From Asterias rubens (taxonomy: Eukaryota), in NCBI RefSeq assembly GCF_902459465.1, contig NC_047073.1, forward strand, positions 11,842,001-11,906,000: DNA of 64,000 bases, in the 5' to 3' direction. Both the position numbers and the translations under genes were made by a program. Shown piece after piece: positions 59,101 through 64,000 of the stretch. The first letter of the stretch is position 1; the number at the start of each line of letters is the position of its first letter. The notes beneath the pieces were generated by a model. It was not told the DNA's origin. It saw only the letters and a program-made list of their open reading frames with translations, and made no database searches.

Positions 59101-62100
59101 AAATCGATTACATGCAAAATGTTTAATCGTTTTTTTGATAACTATTTTATTGTGTCAAAGACGGTCGATCGATTTAAAACCTCGACAGGTTTGTCAGTTC
59201 ATGTAGTATATGGTGGATTACATAAAGTGCTTACACTGCCAGCAACTGTATTGTTAGCAAAAAACAATTCTGTAATATTCATTTAATTATGATGGGGAAG
59301 GCGCGGTCGTCTATGGCAAAACAGTGCAACTAATTTTGTGGTGTTTTTGAGAAAAACAGTTGTCTGGGTAAGTTGGGGGCGCTCTTTTCATATAGCCCGG
59401 TCTCGTTTTCGCACGTGGCTCCATTATCAAGATACAACTATACAAATTGTGGTCTTTTTGCCTTTTTGTGTGTTTTGGTATGGCAAAACGCATTATGTTG
59501 ACTTAGATACTTTGTTCTGGCAAAACGGTCCATTTATAAGAAGCAGTCTTCTGCTTGACTGTAGCTATGTGTTCAGCACGTCAGTGTTTATCTGGTAGAA
59601 GAGGCTTTCATTATGATGTAGTGTTTTGGGTTTAGTAAATTTTTACCACTACGGTAGTGTTCACATGGCAGAACGCCTTATCTGTATGATACACCGTTTT
59701 TGCCAACAAAGAAATTCAGAAATGTTTCATTCTATGTTACACTTTTTACATGGCAAAACAATGTATCTACAAGATGCTTCATTACTCCCTATCTTGTAAT
59801 GTGTAAAGGACTCGTACCATGTAATACATGTGAAGCAGTGTTTTGTTTTGCCAGATATGGTGGTATGTGCATGACAGTATGATCTCATGGCTAGATCTAG
59901 ACCATCTAACAGCATGCTATGCGCAATGCTACAGCACCAACTGCAACAACATGTAGCCTTTTAGTTCAACTAAAATGAATGAGAAAATAGAAACCATTAC
60001 AAAAACAGTAAGTTTTAATGAGCATGAACTGCTCATGCTGTACTAGACATAGGCATCCTTCGAACCCAGTCACTAATGTTATGAATTGTAATGTCATTAA
60101 CTCAAGCTGTGAATTGCCATACATCTACATGTACACATTTTTTGTAGGTGTAAGTTTACTGTTTTGTAGGTGTAAGTTTACTGTTTTGTATGTGTAAGTT
60201 TACTGTTTTGTATGGTGCAAGTTTACTGTTTTGTATGGTGCAAGTTTACTGTTTTGTATGGTGCAAGTTTACTGTTTTGTAGCTGTAAGTTTACTGTTTT
60301 GTAGGTGCAAGTTTACTGTTTTGTAGGTGCAAGTTTACTGTTTTGTAGGTGCAAGTTTACTGTTTTGTAGGTGCAAGTTTACTGTTTTGTAGGTGCAAGT
60401 TTACTGTTTTGTAGGTGCAAGTTTACTGTTTTGTAGGTGCAAGTTTACTGTTTTGTATGGTGCAAGTTTACTGTTTTGTATGGTGCAAGTTTACTGTTTT
60501 GTATGGTGCAAGTTTACTGTTTTGTAGGTGCAAGTTTACTGTTTTGTAGGTGCAAGTTTACTGTTTTGTAGGTGCAAGTTTACTGTTTTGTATGGTGCAA
60601 GTTTACTGTTTTGTAGGTGTAAGTTTACTGTTTTGTATGGTGCAAGTTCAATACACTAATCAAAATAAATTTGTACCGCAAAACATGAATTTTGTTTTTA
60701 CAAAATCCTTAAAATACTCTTTAAAACCTCACCGTAATGAGCCGGAAACTAAATTTGTGTTTCTCCCCAGTTCCCCAAATCACTTATTAAAAAAAAATAA
60801 TAAAAAATACGGTAGATTCAAACCAGTTCGAAAACAAGATTTCTTGTTTCGGTTGATTAATGAGATCAAAACTGCCTTAGTGATGTTTTCATACTTACAT
60901 ATTGTAAGTTGAGTTGTATTTATTGATGTGTTGTTGTTCGATAAAGTTCATAAATGTGAATAATGTTGACCAAATTTGTAAAGTCATAATAAACAAAAAT
61001 TAAATTTGAATCAATCGAAAATTACTTCTTCGCCGCATGTTTCTTTCTAAAAGGGATATTCAAATTTTGACAATCAACGTATTTGGTTGATAAATACTTA
61101 ATAATAATAATAATAATAATAAGACTTGTAATGCGCACATATCCACCCTGCTGGGTGTTCAAGGCGCAGTAAAACCAAACACAAAACAAAAACAAAACAC
61201 AACACAAAAGAAAAACAGACACAACAAAATTAGTCATTGAAAACCTGTGACATAAGATAAGTTTTGAGAAGAGACTTGAATTTTGCAGTACAAAGACAAG
61301 ATCGAAGACTAAGTGGTAGAGAGTTCCAGATGCGTGGCGCGGCCGAAGAAAAAGACCTGTCACCCCATGAGTGTCGAGACTTGGGTTCAATGAGGAGAAG
61401 CATAGAACTCGATCGAAGATTCCTTGATGGATACTTGTGATACAATTGTTTCAAAAAAAATTGTTTTACGCAGTTTAATAGGATCGTACAATTAGATACG
61501 TTGTTCTGCCATAAATTGACGTTTGTGTTAAACCTTTAAAATCGTTTACATTGTTTTGGTAGGAAATATTTTGGGAAAGCGGACAATTTATGGGAAGTAA
61601 GATAAGAACATTACTAATGATTTTTAAATTAATGATTGATGCATTGTTTTGCCATAAAAATACATTATTTAATATTAGTAACATAAGTTGCATTATTGTC
61701 AATGAAATAACAAAAGTGGCAAATTAGACAATTTGTTTGGTAAAACAATGTAACTTCGCTTAAATATTAATAACAACAAAACCATTTGTTCTTTTCAAAC
61801 GATTTTTTCTGGCTGATATGTCAACAACTCACAAATATTCTGTAACAGTTTTAGTTGAATAGAGAAATACATTAAAAAATAGCAGACGATGAATCTTTGA
61901 AGCACTTTTTCTTAAAATGCTCATTTTCGAGTTGCATTGTTTTGCCATGTGAACGGCCGGGGGGCCCTTCCATGGCAAAACAACACTCGAAAGACGTTCA
62001 TATCTTTGTATATAACTATATGATTATTTCATTTGTCGCAAAGTATCATTATAGTATTACCGCAAATCCGGAGCGGTTATGTCAGTATGCAGGAAGAAAT

Positions 62101-63520
62101 ATCCCAATATTATTGCAGTAACACTTCTCAATCCTGCGCTTTTCTGATTGAAATTTTGGGGCGTAGAAGATGATTTCTTGTTTTAACATAACCACTTTTC
62201 TTGTGAAATGAAATGTTTTATACTATCAAAAGCTACTACTTCGACTTCGTAAGGCAAAATTACACAAAAAGCGAAGTTGACATAATATTTTGCGTAGGCC
62301 TACTAGGCCCAACTAATATATATCTTTGAAATAACGATTGGTAATTTAATTTTCCATTCAACGGTATCCTATAGGCTAACGTTGATGACTTTTGAATTTT
62401 AATTGCAAATATCAGTTATATATGATTGGTAAATAAATGATGGCGCTGTCCAATTCAGCGACATTTTGAGACTGTTGACTTGATACCATAGGTGTGCAAA
62501 CATAAAGAAAAGTGTATGGGTGGGGCCCATGTCAATTTAATATATATCTGCCAGTTGGGTTACTGTACCTACCTCCATGCTATAACCATGGGGTGTGTGG
62601 TGGGTTGATATATTTGGGGTGACCGAGGAAGCCGTTATTACGGTGGTGCCATTAAATTGTGTATAGGTGGGGTGAGACCGCGGGGATATTTTTTTCAGAT
62701 CCCCTTCTTATATGATAGCAATAACATGTTTTCGTGCCTCAATTTCGTGCACTCTAACATACAAACGACATAGAGAATTGGTAATAAATTTGTTTAAAGG
62801 CAGTGGACACTATTGGTAATTACTCAAAATAATTATTAGCATAAAACCTTTCTTGGTGATGAGTAATGGGGAGAGGTTGTTGGTATAAAACATTGTGAGA
62901 AACAGCTCCCTCTGAAGTGCCATAGTATTCGAGAAAGAAGTAGTTTTCAACGAATTCGATTTCGAGACCTCAAGTTTAGAATTTGAGGTCTCGAAATCAA
63001 CCATCTAAACGCACACAACTTCGTGTGACAAGGGTGTTTTCTTCTTTCATTATTATCTCGCAATTTTGATGACCGATTGAGCTCAAATTTTCACAGGTTT
63101 GTTATTTTATGCATATGTTGAGATACACCAACTGTGAAGGCTATTCTTTGACAATTACCAATATTGTCCACTGCCTTTAAAGCCACTGATGGAGGCGTAC
63201 CCGGAATTTTATAAAGTTTACTTAAAACTGTGACCCAGTAGAGGCCATTCAAATACCAATACATTTGACGGATTGATTAGATTGTAATTATAACACTTAC
63301 CATCAATTGATTTCTTATTGCCGTATGTATCGCTGCTGATCATGATAGTATACGGTGCTCTACCACTAGACGTTCTTGGCCTGTGGCCTGAAGGTTCCAT
63401 ATTTTGACATACCCCCGCAACAGCAACAGGTGGACCCGACGGGTAAGCCATTACATGCATCCCGGGCATCATAGCTAACGCTAAAAGTGAACTGACACAA
63501 AGCATCACTAAGATACTCAT
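53193..63520 (-). CDS. Reeler-domain protein 2, signal peptide + hydrophobic (GPI-type) tail, 233 aa
   Basis: Exons 63520-63301, 58889-58741, 57006-56915, 54801-54698, 53554-53516, 53290-53193 total 702 nt. Motifs AYPSGPP, CQNMEPSGH, APYTI, FSGLFVQAR, WGHNS, ASWTPP, FKATIV, EFW, tail FVLLAFTAILVAAW. Confidence 0.85.
53820..54680 (-). mobile_element. THAP-bearing Kolobok-like transposon remnant
   Basis: TTAA|AGTCACCTGG end at 54680; 18-bp internal inverted repeat 53864-53881/54507-54524 brackets the THAP ORF; other TIR not found. Confidence 0.6.
54058..54400 (-). pseudogene. Frameshifted THAP (C2CH) domain ORF
   Basis: MPTWCIADGC...HVFP...LW...CSEHFEPSCF, stop at 54185; LNHDAIQTTF (LKxxAVPTIF-like) continues in another frame; GTAAG donor at 54057. 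Confidence 0.75.
54879..55135. mobile_element. Kolobok-type MITE family C, partial
   Basis: TTAA|AGCCCTTATACACTTTCGG; reverse orientation to 6362-6679. Confidence 0.65.
56025..56153. mobile_element. Harbinger-type MITE
   Basis: TTA|GGCCGTGTCCGAAAC ... GTTTCGGACACGGCC|TTA. Confidence 0.85.
57390..57480. repeat. Hairpin core of a non-autonomous element
   Basis: Arms TGAGTGACCAGAAGAG/CTCTTCTAGTCACTCA and CCTATTTCCC/GGGAAATAGG around GGCCTTCGGCC. Confidence 0.65.
57822..58199. mobile_element. Kolobok-type MITE family A (tandem copy 1)
   Basis: Full TIRs; shares TTAA 58200-58203 with the next copy. Confidence 0.85.
58204..58582. mobile_element. Kolobok-type MITE family A (tandem copy 2)
   Basis: TTAA on both sides. 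Confidence 0.85.
60139..60650. repeat. 22/23-bp minisatellite, ~23 copies
   Basis: TGTTTTGTAGGTGCAAGTTTAC and TGTTTTGTATGGTGCAAGTTTAC units. Confidence 0.95.
61100..61454 (-). mobile_element. L2-clade LINE 3' end
   Basis: YPSRNLRSS...GDRSFSSAAPRIWNSLP...FKSLLKTYL, (TTA)n tail. Confidence 0.85.
62798..63176. mobile_element. Kolobok-type MITE, family A (full length)
   Basis: TTAA TSD both sides; inverted relative to 57822-58582. Confidence 0.85.
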
Positions 63521-63715
63521 CTTTTCGTCTAAAGTAAATGTCTTTAGCAAATGATTGTTTTATAATGAAGCACGTTGGTCATATAATGTACCCATACAAT
63601 ATAAAGCCACACGATGACGTCATCAAACAGAATGTTATTAAGTAAAATTTGCGGTGACACCATGTAAAATCTCTTTGGTGAGTAGTGGTGGCTCTGTGAA
63701 GAGCCGGGTTGCACT

Positions 63716-63757
63716 GCTCGACGTTTCGGTCAGAGAGCTCTTACCGTCTTCTGGAGA
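63716..63757 (-). ncRNA. Third copy of the minimal hammerhead motif (core mutated)
   Basis: TCTC-CAGAAGA-CGGT(AAGAGCTCTCTG)ACC-GAAAC-GTC-GAG; downstream CCGGCTCTTCACAG shared with the 29992 copy. Confidence 0.45.
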
Positions 63758-64000
63758 ATTCTTTCAGAATGCTATCTGTTGCTATTTTGAACGTCAGCAG
63801 ACCCACCTCCTGTATTCTGAATAAGTCATTGACGCATTGGAATGTATAATTCCCCACTCCTCCCCTTTTTTCACAATGATTTTCAACCAACCAAGATGGT
63901 ATACACAAATATCAATCTTCCACTAATATAACATGACAATAAGTTCAAACAGGGGTTGCATTCTTCTTTAAAAACCTCCAGGCATAATGTAACTGTCTCC

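Noticed and set aside
60139-60650. CRISPR array or coding repeat (MQVYCFVG...)
   Set aside because: Head-to-tail 22/23-bp units without spacers; period mostly not a multiple of 3.
5560-63004. Recurrent ORFs such as [27 protein letters not shown] / [10 protein letters not shown]
   Set aside because: Translations of non-coding family-A MITE copies, with variable frameshifts and no domain.

Overview
Intron-rich, AT-rich eukaryotic (metazoan) DNA, most likely echinoderm. The repeat families and the GPCR style suggest a sea star, but that is inference. I hand-spliced six protein-coding loci with GT-AG sites and continuous frames: (1) the 3' 11 coding exons of SCP2/SCPx (+, 978-13153, ends in PTS1 SKL; its 5' exons lie upstream of the window); (2) a complete EEF1D gene (+, 18393-31614, 11 coding exons, 270 aa, with a 16-nt microexon); (3) a single-exon 218-aa coiled-coil orphan ORF (-, 33991-34647); (4) an intronless class A GPCR (+, 37273-38238); (5, 6) two tandem Reeler-domain genes with signal peptide and GPI-type tail (-, 41908-45513 and 53193-63520). 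Much of the rest is transposon-derived: at least 4 families of TTAA-flanked Kolobok-type MITEs (about 13 copies of the commonest), Harbinger-type MITEs, a deleted Tc1 with DD34E remnant, a THAP-bearing Kolobok-like remnant, tRNA-derived SINEs, L2/RTE 3' ends and minisatellites. The best leads are Penelope-type minimal hammerhead ribozyme motifs (one sense-strand in an EEF1D intron), an array of let-7 seed matches after the EEF1D stop, the microexon with extra introns, a possible internal SCP2 promoter, and the GPCR's EYTP motif in place of CWxP. There is no CRISPR array, rRNA or intact tRNA gene, and no clearly new biological system is demonstrated by the sequence alone.
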